A stretch of DNA of 64,000 nt. Source: Octopus sinensis (Eukaryota). Every line of letters begins with the position of its first letter. Positions within the stretch are counted from its first letter, which is position 1. The notes under the pieces are model-generated. The model saw nothing but the letters and a program-made list of their open reading frames with translations. It searched no databases and was not told the origin of the DNA. The stretch spans positions 101,928,001-101,992,000 of the forward strand of contig NC_043000.1 in assembly GCF_006345805.1 (NCBI RefSeq). The letters run 5' to 3'. The position numbers and the translations under genes were made by a program. Below are positions 25,751 to 38,519 of the stretch, one piece after another.

Positions 25751-25949
25751 AAGTTCAAAAAGGTTTACGTTATAATAGTAGGGAAGCTAAAACTGACCTG
25801 TCCACCATGTTAACGTAAAAGAATATTATCTATTTCAAGGGACACTGTAGGTGTGTTTGGGTGGGGGGAAGGAGGAGTAAAGTGGAACTGAAAAGAATTT
25901 CTCCTTTTTGTCTCTCCTTCAAGCATCAATGATTTGGGGGAATTGGCTT

Positions 25950-26103
25950 AAGAGGTCAGGATGGTTTGAGTGTGTGTGTCTTTGTGTGTGTGTATATACA
26001 TATGTGGTGTGAATAGATGTGTCTGTGTGTTTGTAAAATTTGGTAGAATGGTGTGTGTATATGTGTGCCCGTTTGTCAACCGTGTGTGTGATTGTCTTGA
26101 TGT

Positions 26104-26134
<31 letters not shown>

Positions 26135-26800
26135 GTGTGATTGGCATCTGGCATGGTGCTGCGTGTGTATATGTGTGTCTGTATGGAGGTCAGAATGGTG
26201 TGAGTGTGTGTCTTTGTGTGTGTGTATATATATGTATACATGTGTTTGTGTGTGTGTGTGGGCTGTTTTTGATTGGTCCCAGGGTCCATTGGGGTGTAAA
26301 TAGATGTCTGATTTTTAAAAATTTGGTAGGATGGTGTGTGTATATGTGTGCCCGTTTGTGTGTGTGTGGTGTGTGTGTGTGTGTGTGTATGTGTGTGGTT
26401 AATGTTTGTTAGTGTGTTGCGTGTGCGTTAGTGTGTATGTGTTTGTTCGTATGTGTGTCCATGTCTGTTGGGTGTATCTGTGTGGCGTATGTGTGTATAT
26501 GCGTTTTGTGTGTGTTGGTATTGAGCATGTGTTTGTGTGTGTGCGTATATATGGTGTGAGTGTGTATGTCTCTTTGTGTGTGTATATGTATACATGTGTT
26601 TGTGTGTAGGCTGTTTTTGAATGGTCCCAGGGTCCATTGTGGTGTAAATAGATGTGTGTTTTTTTTAGAAATTTAGTAGGATGGTGTGTGTATATGTGTG
26701 CCCGTTTGTCAACCGTGTGTGTGATTGTCTTGGTGTTGTGTGTGTGTGTGTGTATGTATGTGTGTGGATTACGCACACAAACATACACACGTATGCACAT
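25950..26800. repeat. Composite GT-rich minisatellite with repeated unique anchors
   Basis: atggtgtgtgtatatgtgtgcccgtttg x3; ggtcccagggtccatt x2. Confidence 0.85.
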
Positions 26801-26815
26801 ACCCATCGAGATATA

Positions 26816-26865
<50 letters not shown>

Positions 26866-27830
26866 ACAGACACAGACACACAGTTCGATATAGATGGATG
26901 AAGAATACGTGACTGATGATGCATCATATGTGACGAGAAGCAGAAAAGTGTATAGTAGCAAAAGCAGCAATATTAAGCAGGTTAAACGTTGAGCTAGAAT
27001 ATTTGATGAAAGAAAGCATCCCTTGCGGCAGAAAGATGAGATGATTAATACAATTGTAAGCTCTTTTCTGCAGATTCTTTAAAGAATGACGTACCTAAAC
27101 AATTGCAAGTATTTTGGACTGGCTCCCTTTGCTTAATTTTACTACTTTCTTTTTGTTTTTTGTAGGCCACAACACAGTTGAATGTTAAATGATAACGTTA
27201 TAAAGAAAGACAGAAATGCTTTTTAAAAAAAAAATAAATGAATAAATGAATGAAAAACGAATAAATTATTATTTTTCAGCCTTTCACGCAGTTTCAATGG
27301 AGGCGAACAAAAGAAGACTTTAAACAATGAGTACATGTAAGCAACTTCAACGTTGAGAATAAATAGAAACTAAAATGTAATCTTTGAGAGAAATTAATAT
27401 CCGCATTTTTTTACATAACATTTCAGTGAAATCTTAGTAAAATATTCTGCGTAAACAGAGAGAATAAAGTGAAAGAGAGAGAAAGAGAGAGAGTGTGCGG
27501 GGCGGAATAAAATTACTTTCAAAAATTCTTGAGTATGGCATTGGAATTAGAATTGTTAGAAATAAAAGAAAAGTTTTAGCTGGTAGCTACTTCGTCACAA
27601 GTATTGAGAGAAATATGGTCTCTTTAAAAAGAAGGAACGAGGTTACTTTCCCGTAGATTGGCTGTTACTGGGAAGAGCTTTGATGAAGACTAAATTTTAG
27701 ATTCGCTCGTGCGCCATTCTTGAAACACATTTTATTCATTCACTGCAATACATTTTTATTGTATTTTTAATTACATTTTGGAGATTCGCGAAGTAAACCC
27801 GTTTTGTATGTGATTGAAAGGTGGGAGGAA

Positions 27831-28939
27831 CTTATTGTACATAACTAACTGGCCCTCTGTTGGCTGCGGTAACGAGTGTTCCAGTTGATCCGATCACAGG
27901 AACAGACTTTACAGATTTAAAAAACAATTTTTTGTAACTAAACACTTTCAAGCTTCGGACACTGGTACAATGCATCATATAAAACATGTTTTACTCTTAA
28001 GCATTTTTAAGAAAAACTTATATTTACCAAGTTATTTCACGTTAAAGTTCTCGTATTTCGGTAATTTCAACCAATCAATGATGTGAATTCAGCTGAATAA
28101 AATTACTGCCATTGTTTGTCAACAACTATCGGCGGTGTATTTTTCGTTTGTCACTGTTATTTATGACATCTTTCGTGCGTTTGTGCTGGTTTTAAGGTTT
28201 TACGGTTAGGCTTTAGGGTTAGAAATATGTGGTGACGTATTTAGCATAACTAATTATGCTAAATTTTAACAAGGTAGGGAGGACGGAAAAGTTGTTTGTT
28301 TATTAGCATCACAGGGCTGAACACAGAGGGGACAAGTTACAAAGTAGGTTTTCGATCAAAAGAGATCGTAAAAATGAGAGAGAAAAAAACGATCAATAGG
28401 GATCGTGTATCACACTTAAAACAATGCAGTGAAGAAGTTAGATTTTCATGTATCTAGTTACGCTAGTCTTAAGATACTTAATGCGGTGAGCATTAAAACT
28501 TTAAGAGAAATAATTATGTGGAAGACAGCTAGATATACACATAAATAAATAATGATAAAAAGAATTGATTATGTAGAGAAGAAAAATAAGTTAATCAATG
28601 ACAAATAATATTTTTTTTTTTTACCATTTGAGGAAACAATTCTTAGACATGTTTTGATCTCATCAGCGAAGCAGATATCTGTCATTTCCAGAGTAGTGAC
28701 AATTAGAGAAAAATATTCACAAAGGAAATGAATTCATTATTTTACTTGTTTTAGTAATGTAAGTTTTCGTCGAATTGGGGTAACGCCTTAGAATGTTTAC
28801 CTAAACAGATGGACCTCATTACAGTGTTTTTATGAAGTCTGGTACTCATTATATCGGTCTCTTTTATTTTTTTTTTACCAAACCGTTACATTACTGGAAA
28901 ATAAACGAACGTTGGTTATCAAACAGTGAGAAACAAGCA

Positions 28940-28979
<40 letters not shown>

Positions 28980-30386
28980 ACACATGCTTATATACAACTG
29001 GTTTCTGACAACCACTCACAGTGGTTGTCATTCACAATGCATCAATCGACCCTGGATCAATATAGCAGATACTTACTTGCCCAACGGATTTGAACCCTAA
29101 ACCACATGGTTGCAAAGTGAACTTCTTAACGACACGGCCTTACCTACGTCTAAAAGTTCGCACTTGTCCCCAGCAGATTAATATTCAGGGCGCGCGTGAT
29201 GCATAACATTCATATAACAAATAATATCTGGTTTTTAAAGTTTTAAAAATAAACAACAAACAAAAAACGGGATGCTTATTGTACATAACTAACTGGCCCT
29301 CTGTTGGCTGCGGTAACGAGTGTTCCAGTTGATCCGATCACAGGAACAGACTTTACAGATTTAAAAAACAATTTTTTGTAACTAAACACTTTCAAGCTTC
29401 GGACACTGGTACAATGCATCATATAAAACATGTTTTACTCTTAGCATTTTTAAGAAAAACTTATATTTACCAAGTTATTTCACGTTAAAGTTCTCGTATT
29501 TCGGTAATTTCAACCAATCAATGATGTGAATTCAGCTGAATAAAATTACTGCCATTGTTTGTCAACAACTATCGGTGGTGTATTTTTCGTTTGTCACTGT
29601 TATTTATGACATCTTTTGTGCGTTTGTGCTGGTTTTAAGGTTTTACGGTTAGGCTTTAGGGTTAGAAATATGTGGTGACGTATTTAGCATAACTAATTAT
29701 GCTAAATTTTAACAAGGTAGGGAGGACGGAAAAGTTGTTTGTTTATTAGCATCACAGGGCTGAACACAGAGGGGACAAGTTACAAAGTAGGTTTTCGATC
29801 AAAAGAGATCGTAAAAATGAGAGAGAAAAAAACGATCAATAGGGATCGTGTATCACACTTAAAACAATGCAGTGAAGAAGTTAGATTTTCATGTATCTAG
29901 TTACGCTAGTCTTAAGATACTTAATGCGGTGAGCATTAAAACTTTAAGAGAAATAATTATGTGGAAGACAGCTAGATATACACATAAATAAATAATGATA
30001 AAAAGAATTGATTATGTAGAGAAGAAAAATGAGTTAATCAATGACAAATAATATTTTTTTTTTTACCATTTGAGGAAACAATTCTTAGACATGTTTTGAT
30101 CTCATCAGCGAAGCAGATATCTGTCATTTCCAGAGTAGTGACAATTAGAGAAAAATATTCACAAAGGAAATGAATTCATTATTTTACTTGTTTTAGTAAT
30201 GTAATTTTCGTCGAATTGGGGTAACGCCTTAGAATGTTTACCTAAACAGATGGACCTCATTACAGTGTTTTTATGAAGTCTGGTACTCATTATATCGGTC
30301 TCTTTTATTTTTTTTTTACCAAACCGTTACATTACTGGAAAATAAACGAACGTTGGTTATCAAACAGTGAGAAACAAGCACAAACA

Positions 30387-30451
<65 letters not shown>

Positions 30452-30822
30452 ACACATGCTTATATACAACTGGTTTCTGACAACCACTCACAGTGGTTGT
30501 CATTCACAATGCATCAATCGACCCTGGATCAATATAGCAGATACTTACTTGCCCAACGGATTTGAACCCTAAACCACATGGTTGCAAAGTGAACTTCTTA
30601 ACGACACGGCCTTACCTACGTCTAAAAGTTCGCACTTGTCCCCAGCAGATTAATATTCAGGGCGCGCGTGATGCATAACATTCATATAACAAATAATATC
30701 TGGTTTTTAAAGTTTTAAAAATAAACAACAAACAAAAAACGGGATGCTTATTGTACATAACTAACTGGCCCTCTGTTGGCTGCGGTAACGAGTGTTCCAG
30801 TTGATCCGATCTCAGGAACAGA
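27831..30822 (+). repeat. Recent tandem segmental duplication (units 27831-29274 and 29275-30746) plus third copy of the first 76 bp
   Basis: Near-identical 1444/1472-bp units; few substitutions, small indels and a (CA)n length change. Confidence 0.97.
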
Positions 30823-31045
30823 CTGCACGTGAAATTAACGTGAGAGTGGTTGAGCACTCCACAGGCACGTTTCAGCGTGACAAGGCTGGCCCTTTGAAAT
30901 ACAGGTGCCATTCACTTTTGCAAGCTGAGTGGACTGGAGTAACGCGAAATAAAGTGTCTTGTTCAAGGACACAACGCATCGCCGGAAATTGAACTTACAA
31001 CCAAACGAGCGTGAGCCGGATACCTCAACCACTAAGCCACGTGCC
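30761..31045 (-). mobile_element. tRNA-derived SINE type C/D with 14-bp TSD
   Basis: Reverse-complement head ggcacgtggcttagtggttgagg; cttattgtacataa at 30747-30760 and 31045-31058. Confidence 0.88.
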
Positions 31046-31123
31046 TTATTGTACATAATAAACTATTATACATAGACATTTATTTTATAAGACGAGGAAA
31101 CAAATATTAATCGGTGATTAATG

Positions 31124-31520
31124 CGGCGAGCTGGCAGAATCGTTAGCGCGCCGGGCGAAATGCTTAGCGGTATTTTGTCTGTCGCTACGTTCTGTGTTCA
31201 AATTCCGCCGAGGTCGACTTTGCCTTTCATCCTTTCGGGATCGATTAAATAAGTACCAGTTACGCACTGGGGTCGATATAATCGACTTAATCCGTTTGCC
31301 TGTCCTTGTTTGTCCTCTCTGTGTTTAGCCCCTTGTGGATAGTAAAGAAATAGGTATTTCGTCTGTCTTTACGTTCTGAGTTCAAATTCTGCCGAGGTCG
31401 ACTTTGCCTTTCGTCCTGCTGGAAACGATAAATTAAGTACCAGTTGTATACTGGAATCGATCTAATCGACTGGCTCCCTCACCAAAAATTTCGAGCCTTG
31501 TGCTTAGAGTAGGAAAATTA
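31124..31520 (+). mobile_element. SINE type B with an inserted 184-bp unit (31170-31353)
   Basis: Head, then unit ending aaagaaatag, then second body gtatttcgtctg...aaaatttcgagccttgtgcttagag. Confidence 0.9.
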
Positions 31521-32043
31521 CATATATAAAGTCTAGACGTTAAGATGAAGTGCTCGTAGTCATAACATAATGGATTCTATTCCTGGACTGAGCGTTGTCT
31601 CCTTGAGTCAGGCACTTCATTTTAAGTTACTCCAGTCTTTTCAGTTGAAAATGTCTTTCAATCAAGTGGACTTCAGCTGGATGTTTCTCTGGGTAAAGAA
31701 CGGGAGGACCGAAAAGGTTCCTCTATCTGCTCGTGACTATATGGATACCTTAAACAATTAGCGAAAAGTATGGTACAGGCTATCACGTCATACTTCCCCG
31801 TGAGTGACGGCTCTGATGGCACATTAAAATCACACACACAAAGACACACGCACAGTATGTCCGTAAATTGATCTTTTCTCATCCGACCGGAGTACCGATT
31901 AGATGTGTGTAGGACAACAAATGAAAGCCACATCGAACTGTACTAAATTGTACTAGTTGATCTCTTATCCAACATGTATATGGTATATGGAATGTATGGC
32001 GTTGAAAGTTACGTCAGTAAATAACTTTAAAATCCCGCCCTGG

Positions 32044-32087
<44 letters not shown>

Positions 32088-32089
<2 letters not shown>

Positions 32090-32278
32090 GATGGACCGTT
32101 AGCTCCTACACGCATTTTTTCTCTCCTTGTTTCTTTTCTGTGTATCTTTCTGTCGAAGAGCGTAGGCTCGAAACATAAAAGACTTGTTCTACTTCTATTC
32201 CTGAGCGCCATACTAATACATTTGTTTGTTTGTACTCCACCTGCCTTCGTCTTTTGTTTATTTTCGTAAACCTTCCCG

Positions 32279-32281
<3 letters not shown>
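32088..32281 (+). mobile_element. Penelope pseudo-LTR-like short element inside microsatellite
   Basis: Contains gaagagcgtaggctcgaaac hammerhead-like core; flanked by (CA)n/(TA)n. Confidence 0.6.
32145..32182 (+). ncRNA. Degenerate minimal type I hammerhead ribozyme motif
   Basis: UCUUU / CUGUCGA / A-GAGC-GUAG-GCUC / GAAA / C-AUA / AAAGA; stems I and II pair; core A6 changed to U. Confidence 0.5.
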
Positions 32282-32325
<44 letters not shown>

Positions 32326-33719
32326 TGCAAAAGAATATAAAACGAAGACAAGGTAAAGAGATAAAAAAGAAAGAAAGAGTGTATTAGGTTTACACTCAGG
32401 AAAAAAGAAAAGGAACAAACTCTTCTACGTTTCGAGTGTACACTCGTTTTCAGAAAGAAAGAAGAGATAAGGAGAGAAAAAAAATGGAGAAAGGAATGCA
32501 CGTGTATATAAACCGTCACGGCATTATGAACTTAGATAAATCGATTTTAACGGTAACGGTAAAACATGAAGAAGATAAAGCTATAATACCATGTAAATTG
32601 AGTTTAAAACACTTATCTACTTCGATTTTCTTCATTAAAAACGATTTATCCCAAGTCTGCTGAAGTTTCAAAGTTACACATACACATTATATATATATAT
32701 TGACATCCTTGGCTTTATAAACACTTCTAACGAATACAATCATTTGAATTCGCTATAAGTTTGGTAAATTTTTTATAAGATATTAACAGTCTTAAGTTGA
32801 TCCGGAAATGTTGGCTTACTCAGACGTATTTAAATTCAAGTAATTCAGAAAATAGTTAATAAAATGTGAAAAAAAAAATCCAATAACAAAGAGACTAAAA
32901 GTTACATAAACTAACGCAAAATTCCGGCTAAATAAGTGCAAAAGTGTGGCCTGTCATATTGAAAGTACATACATTCACCGTATGTATATGTATTTTGATT
33001 TTATGTGTGCTTACATACACACGCATATATAATTTTTCTGTCTACTACATATCACTTAAATGTATCTCGAATGTATGGTAGAGTGTACTTACCGAAATGG
33101 ATTCTCCGAAACAAATTACGGATACATTGACACTAAATGAAATTTTAGTATAATTCGCTCTCTAAACCCCAACTTGTTATTGGTGCTTGCTTTATCGAAT
33201 ACGGTGACAGCGCATACCTTGTATGGTAGGCTATAAACTGGGAACATGAAATAGTCTTATAGAAATAATACCACATATGTGCAGCATTGCTGAATGGTTA
33301 AAAAAATTTGTTTCGCAACCGTGCGGTCTTCGGTTCGATCCCACTAGAATTCCATTCTCAAAACTTAAGTTGACTCGAGGCTAAGAAACGAAACTCAACA
33401 ACGAAAACTATTTAGTTTGGCTTACTACAGTTTTAATCCACCACTCAGTCAATTAAATTACTGCCGAAATCATTTTCATATGTTTGTCCTAAAGATCCAT
33501 GATTCCAGTGTTAGACTGATGATCTATTTTACCCGCCCCGGAGAAATTAAAGAAGTTGACCTTGGTAGGACTTGAAGTCATAATGTAAAGAGCTGGAAGA
33601 AATACCACAAGGTAATTTTGTCCAATGCTCTAGAGATAGTGCCACCCTACCTCCTTAATAATAATCTATCCTTAATAGTCTCTTTCCTCTTTATATGATG
33701 ACATTTTAGTTCACGTTGC

Positions 33720-33930
33720 CCCAGTTCACTCAACTGGTAAAAAGGAGTAGTACCTGTATTTGAAAGGGCCAACCTTTTTACATTCTGTGTCAAGCTAAAT
33801 CTCCTTGAGAACTACGTTAAGGGTACGCGTGTTTGTGAAGTGCTCAGCTATTTGCACGTTAAATTCACGAGCAGGCTGTTCCGTTGATCAGATTAACTGA
33901 AACCCTCGTCGTCGCAACCGACGGAGTGAG
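33720..33930 (-). mobile_element. SINE type C/D fragment
   Basis: gcacgttaaattcacgagcaggctgttccgttgatcaga is the reverse complement of the 30790-30850 segment, so it lies on the opposite strand to that copy. Confidence 0.65.
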
Positions 33931-34489
33931 TCGCTGGTCAACGAAGACCATTCAAAATCGAGTGTCTGATTAATACTTAGAAGATCTGATTAATACTTAG
34001 AGCATTGGAAAAAATACTTTGCTGTTTTTGGTTACATCTTTTTATGTTGAGAGCTCTGTTACTACCATGATTAACTTTATGTTCCAGGGTTTGATAAAAA
34101 AAATAAAGTACCAGTCAACAAATTGGGTCAGTGTACCATATCTATAAATTGTCTTAGATGTAAATAAACTCATAAATGAAGAAAGCTATAATTCCAGTAA
34201 ATCAAAACTAACCCCAAAGAAATCAGTAACAGCTTTTCTCTTAAGTCTTCGACAAGTATCATAAATCACAAGTTACGGTTCAACGGACCGAATCTGTCGG
34301 TGATTTTCGATTCTTTTATGTAGCCATTTCAAGTATGAGATGAATCTTCTATTAGTTTTGTCGATAGATATCCAATCATTCTATCAACGTGTCAGTGGAT
34401 GGTAATCGACAGACACATGTAAACTTTACGTAATTCTCAGGCTTAACCAATATGGCACAGTACATAATAATCCCTTTCTACTATTGGCA

Positions 34490-34640
34490 TAAGGTATGAA
34501 ATTTGAGAAGGAAGAAGGGAGTAAAAAGTCGATTAAATCAACTCCAGTGATTGATTGGTGCTTATTTTATCGACCCCGAAAAGATGAAAAACAAAGTCGG
34601 CCTCGGCGGAATTTGAACTCAGACTGCAATACCACAAAGT
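34490..34640 (-). mobile_element. SINE type B fragment
   Basis: ttatcgaccccgaaaagatgaaaaacaaagtcggcctcggcggaatttgaactcaga. Confidence 0.8.
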
Positions 34641-34716
34641 AACTTGCCCTCCATGAACTGGGACAAAAGTAAATACTGTAATGAAATTTATTTCTGCTAC
34701 ACCTAATTCTCAGTCT

Positions 34717-35724
34717 TACAGGTACACAATCCTTTATCCGGAAATCTAAAATCCAAAAAGCTCAAAAAAACCAAACTTAATTTTGTGGAAGATGGAGCGC
34801 ATATAGCTGACCACCGTGACCCGCTTTACTCAGGTATGACGTGGTAATGCTCGGCAGGTCGGCCACCACTTACTGCCAAGCGTCATGTGTGACTCGGCAC
34901 TCGTAGAGAGAAGACGTCCTTTTGTTGTTTGCTGTCTTTGTGTTGTTTCTTGCGACTTAGTATATAATTTGCCCTGAAATTTTCAAAAGGAATTGCAGAT
35001 ACCCCAATAGATAACAGCGACAATGCTGCCCCTGTTGTGCATTCCTTGAGTGGTGAGGAAATTGTTAAAGCACACAGGTGAAGAAATTCCTACAGACGAT
35101 ATGGTGGAAATTTGTGATCAGGTAATAGCTGGCCTTAACAACGTGTATTTATCAGTGAGCAACAGATTATGGGATTTTACTCAATTAAAAAAACCGAAAA
35201 ACTATACTAATGAAACATATAACAATTAAATCAGTCTTTAAAAATGCCCCCTCTCGCAGTGCTACTTCATCACTTGAGCATCTATGTAGCTTCATATTTA
35301 TCCTAGTTTGAACTAGTTTATGACTCTAGCTTATGAATAAACTATAATACCATTTGTAGTTTTTCTTTATTCAAATTAGTGTGAATACTTATGCGTCTCT
35401 GTACAGAAATATTGTGGGCATGTATCTACCTGTACTTGTGAATCATGTACTTTTGTTTTAAATTATCCCACTATATGTAGTTTGTTATTTGTGATCTTAA
35501 TTATCCCACTATTTCATTTACCAGTATATTACTCTATAAATAAATTGTAATAATATTTGTAATCTTTATTTTTCCCATGTACTTTTGCTACCATAGTAGA
35601 ACGTCTGTTTTGATGTCAAGTTTACAATCTGGGGCAGCTGGCTTTTGTTCTGAAATCTGAAAAAATCCGAAATTCAGAACGCAACTGTCCCCAAGGGTCC
35701 CGGATAAAGGATTGTGTACCTGTA
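34717..35724 (+). mobile_element. Tigger/pogo-like non-autonomous DNA transposon
   Basis: Perfect 23-bp TIR caggtacacaatcctttatccgg with TA on both sides; C-terminal transposase remnant DNAAPVVHSLSGEEIV...DDMVEICDQVIAGL...FISEQQIMGFYSIK. Confidence 0.9.
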
Positions 35725-35739
35725 CTAATAATTGCCTTT

Positions 35740-35930
35740 ATCCTAGATACAAGGTTGCAGAATTAAGAAAGAGGAGCAGTTGATTAATTTGACTAGTATT
35801 TCATTTTACCCATCTCGGAATGCTGAAGGTAAAGTTGACTTCGATGGAATTTGAACTCAGAACGTAATGAATTGCAACTAAATACTGCAAGAAGTGTTAT
35901 TCAGCGCTCTAATGGTCTTACTAATCAACT
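35740..35930 (-). mobile_element. SINE type B, diverged
   Basis: aaagttgacttcgatggaatttgaactcagaacgta. Confidence 0.7.
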
Positions 35931-35940
35931 ATCCCACTGC

Positions 35941-36147
35941 TTAACCCTTTCGTTACCAACCTGACTGAAACCGGCTCTGATTACAAATATCTTGTTTTCA
36001 TAAGTTTTGAATTAACATCTTCCACCAAACCTTAGTCACAATTTATGTTCCTAACACTAGCTGAATGATAGCTAAGTTATTTTACTGATTTCTTTGTTAC
36101 ATTTAAAGTAACTGAGCTCTAAATAAATACAGTAACGAAAGGGTTAA
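35941..36147. mobile_element. piggyBac-type MITE
   Basis: TTAA-ccctttcgttac ... gtaacgaaaggg-TTAA. Confidence 0.88.
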
Positions 36148-37519
36148 TATATATATAATGTTCATTTCTTGATAAATCTGTCGGGCCTAGTAGTTAGGTT
36201 TGGCAGAAGCCCTAGAGTGTCAAACATTGCTTTGCGATACATTTTTCTACACGTTATGTTTTGAGTATAAATCTCGATGAAGTCTGAGCAATACAATAAC
36301 ATACAAGTCAAGTAGTGGAACTGCTATAATCGAAAACTTTTAGGCCTTTTATCGACGTCAGAAATTACCGCTCAGCATTTATTACATATATATCAGGTTG
36401 TCAGATAAGTTCGTTCGTGCCCCGCACCATCATTTATTTTAATCCTTCCCAATGTTTTATTGAATTAACACGAAAAATATTTTTATCCTGATATTTTATG
36501 TTTCTTTGTAGCTCCATTCTTCTTCTACAACTTTTGTTTATCTTTTCTGAAACTTATTTAGATTTTACTTCTTTTCAGACATATGACGGAGTGTCAAGCC
36601 AAAAAAAAAAAACAAAAAAAAACTAACGAATTTATCTGACAACTCAATACAAGGGCACTAATTTGTAGAGAAGCGGATTCAGTCAACTGAATTAATACCA
36701 AAATATTACAAGTACTTAATTTATCAATCGAACCTGGATTGTATTCCAAGACAAAATAAAGAGCCTTATAGCTAAGTGTTGCTAGATATTTATGTAATTT
36801 AACAACTTATCATTTCAGCTGTTGCTTTTTTTTGTGTGTTTGACTTATTCCATCGACGGTTTAACACCACCACTTTGTCATCTTTGGATTCCTTGTGTGT
36901 AAACTTCTCTCAGTTGGAAACATACGAGCCAGGTCTTCACTCTTGAGATGGCTTTCTCCCACTAATCATAGAAGCCCTGAAAATTGTGACACTGACTTTC
37001 TTATCCTTATTAAGCCATAACAAAATATTTCTTAAATAGGCACAAAACCATGAGTGCATCAAGAAAGAATTCAGTCGATTGTATATGATCTTGTATATTA
37101 CTGATAATTATATTACCGACCACCGGTGAACCGAAAGGATGACGTAAGGACACATAGCTAAATAAATGAAACCATTTCATCTGGCACCCTACTGATTTTG
37201 CTATCTATCAATCTCTGCCTTGCTAATAATATCTAATAAGGGGAGGAACAGGCAACACATTTTAAGTTACATTGTGTGTTAATTGATAAACTCGCCTTCT
37301 TGACTATTATTTAATTTTATCGACCCTGCAAAGCCTCGGTGGGATTTGAACTTAGAACATAAAAAGTCATAATTAGATACTTCGTAAAGACCAGATTTAC
37401 TGGAGACCTTTCCTATGTCAACAAGCAAGCCTCTCGGCTATGGGTAATTAGTTGAAAGTAATCTAGTTACTCTAAAACTCTGTACAGTGTCTGATAAAGG
37501 GGAAAATAAAGGAAAATAA

Positions 37520-38177
37520 AGATACTTCCAGAAAAGCCCTCACACACGTGCAGCTAGATATACCAAAGAAACAGGTCATAGAACTAGACCACTTATAGAC
37601 TCAATGATGGTTGGTCCTGATGTGCTAGGATCAGTTGATTATCATCCATACCACCACAACGGCATCGTGGTGCTGCAGGTCGGTTTCTTAGTCGATAACG
37701 CCTCAGACACAGCAGTTCAAAAAAGTGTCAGGAGGACACATCATCATACAGTTCTCGTGTGTCTTATCGGACTTGACCTATCGTTTCTTCTCCGCGTAAT
37801 GTTTGCACCTGATGTCCTCGTACATTTCACGTCAGTTAATGAACTCCGTCAACTCGAGGTGATTTGCGATGGCTCTCGTTGAACTACTGTGGTTGTCACT
37901 GATGATAAACTGGGTCTGTTGGGCGGACTCGGATATCCTAATAACGTTTGACTCACGAGTATTTTCCTTTCCAGCAGCCACTGATAATACGCCTCAAATT
38001 CTTAATTCGTTGTCTATCCTGAACACGAAAGAATCTGCTATGTTCTAGAAGCTGAATCGCTTTGCATGGTGACCAGAGATATGCTTTCTCATTTGCTATA
38101 GTGAATTGGAATCTGCTATGTTAATGCTGACTACAAGCACGAAAGAGGAATGAGAGTTAAAGTTTGGTGGCCGCCAT
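37520..38177 (-). mobile_element. maT/DD37D-like Tc1/mariner transposase fossil (N-terminal half)
   Basis: Frame with stops: SFVFRIDNEL...QQTQFIISDNHSSSTRAIANHLEL...MYEDIRCKHY...KTHEN, then HQDQ; matches my recollection of SFV.KVRKEL / S.R.IA..L / HEDI.YKSY / DQDQ motifs. Confidence 0.7.
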
Positions 38178-38519
38178 GTAACCTTACGTTGGGTCATTTT
38201 CTGTTTCAGTCAGTAAATACCCAGTGCATGTCTTGCACATTTTAATCTAGGTGGGCTGCATTCCTTCACAGATTAAAACAGATGATTTCCTCCAGAGAGA
38301 AGATGAGAGGGAGGATGAGAGGGTAGGAAGAAGAAAAGATCAACCGCAGTACTGAAATGGAACTTCATTTACTTATGCCGAAAAGATGCGAAAAGAGGTT
38401 GAACTCAGCGGAATTTTAACACAGGTCGCACTGAGTTGCTACAGTTACTCCAAGGCATTGAATCCGATGCTTTAACAACATTATATGTTTGTGCACGTGT
38501 GTGTGTGTTTGTATGAATG

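Noticed and set aside
28240-28262. tttagggttag telomere-like words (also ccctaaccct near 56365)
   Set aside because: One to two units inside a dispersed repeat, not a telomeric array.
37604-37882. 92-aa plus-strand ORF MMVGPDVLG...
   Set aside because: It overlaps a degraded transposase on the opposite strand and has no recognisable motif of its own.
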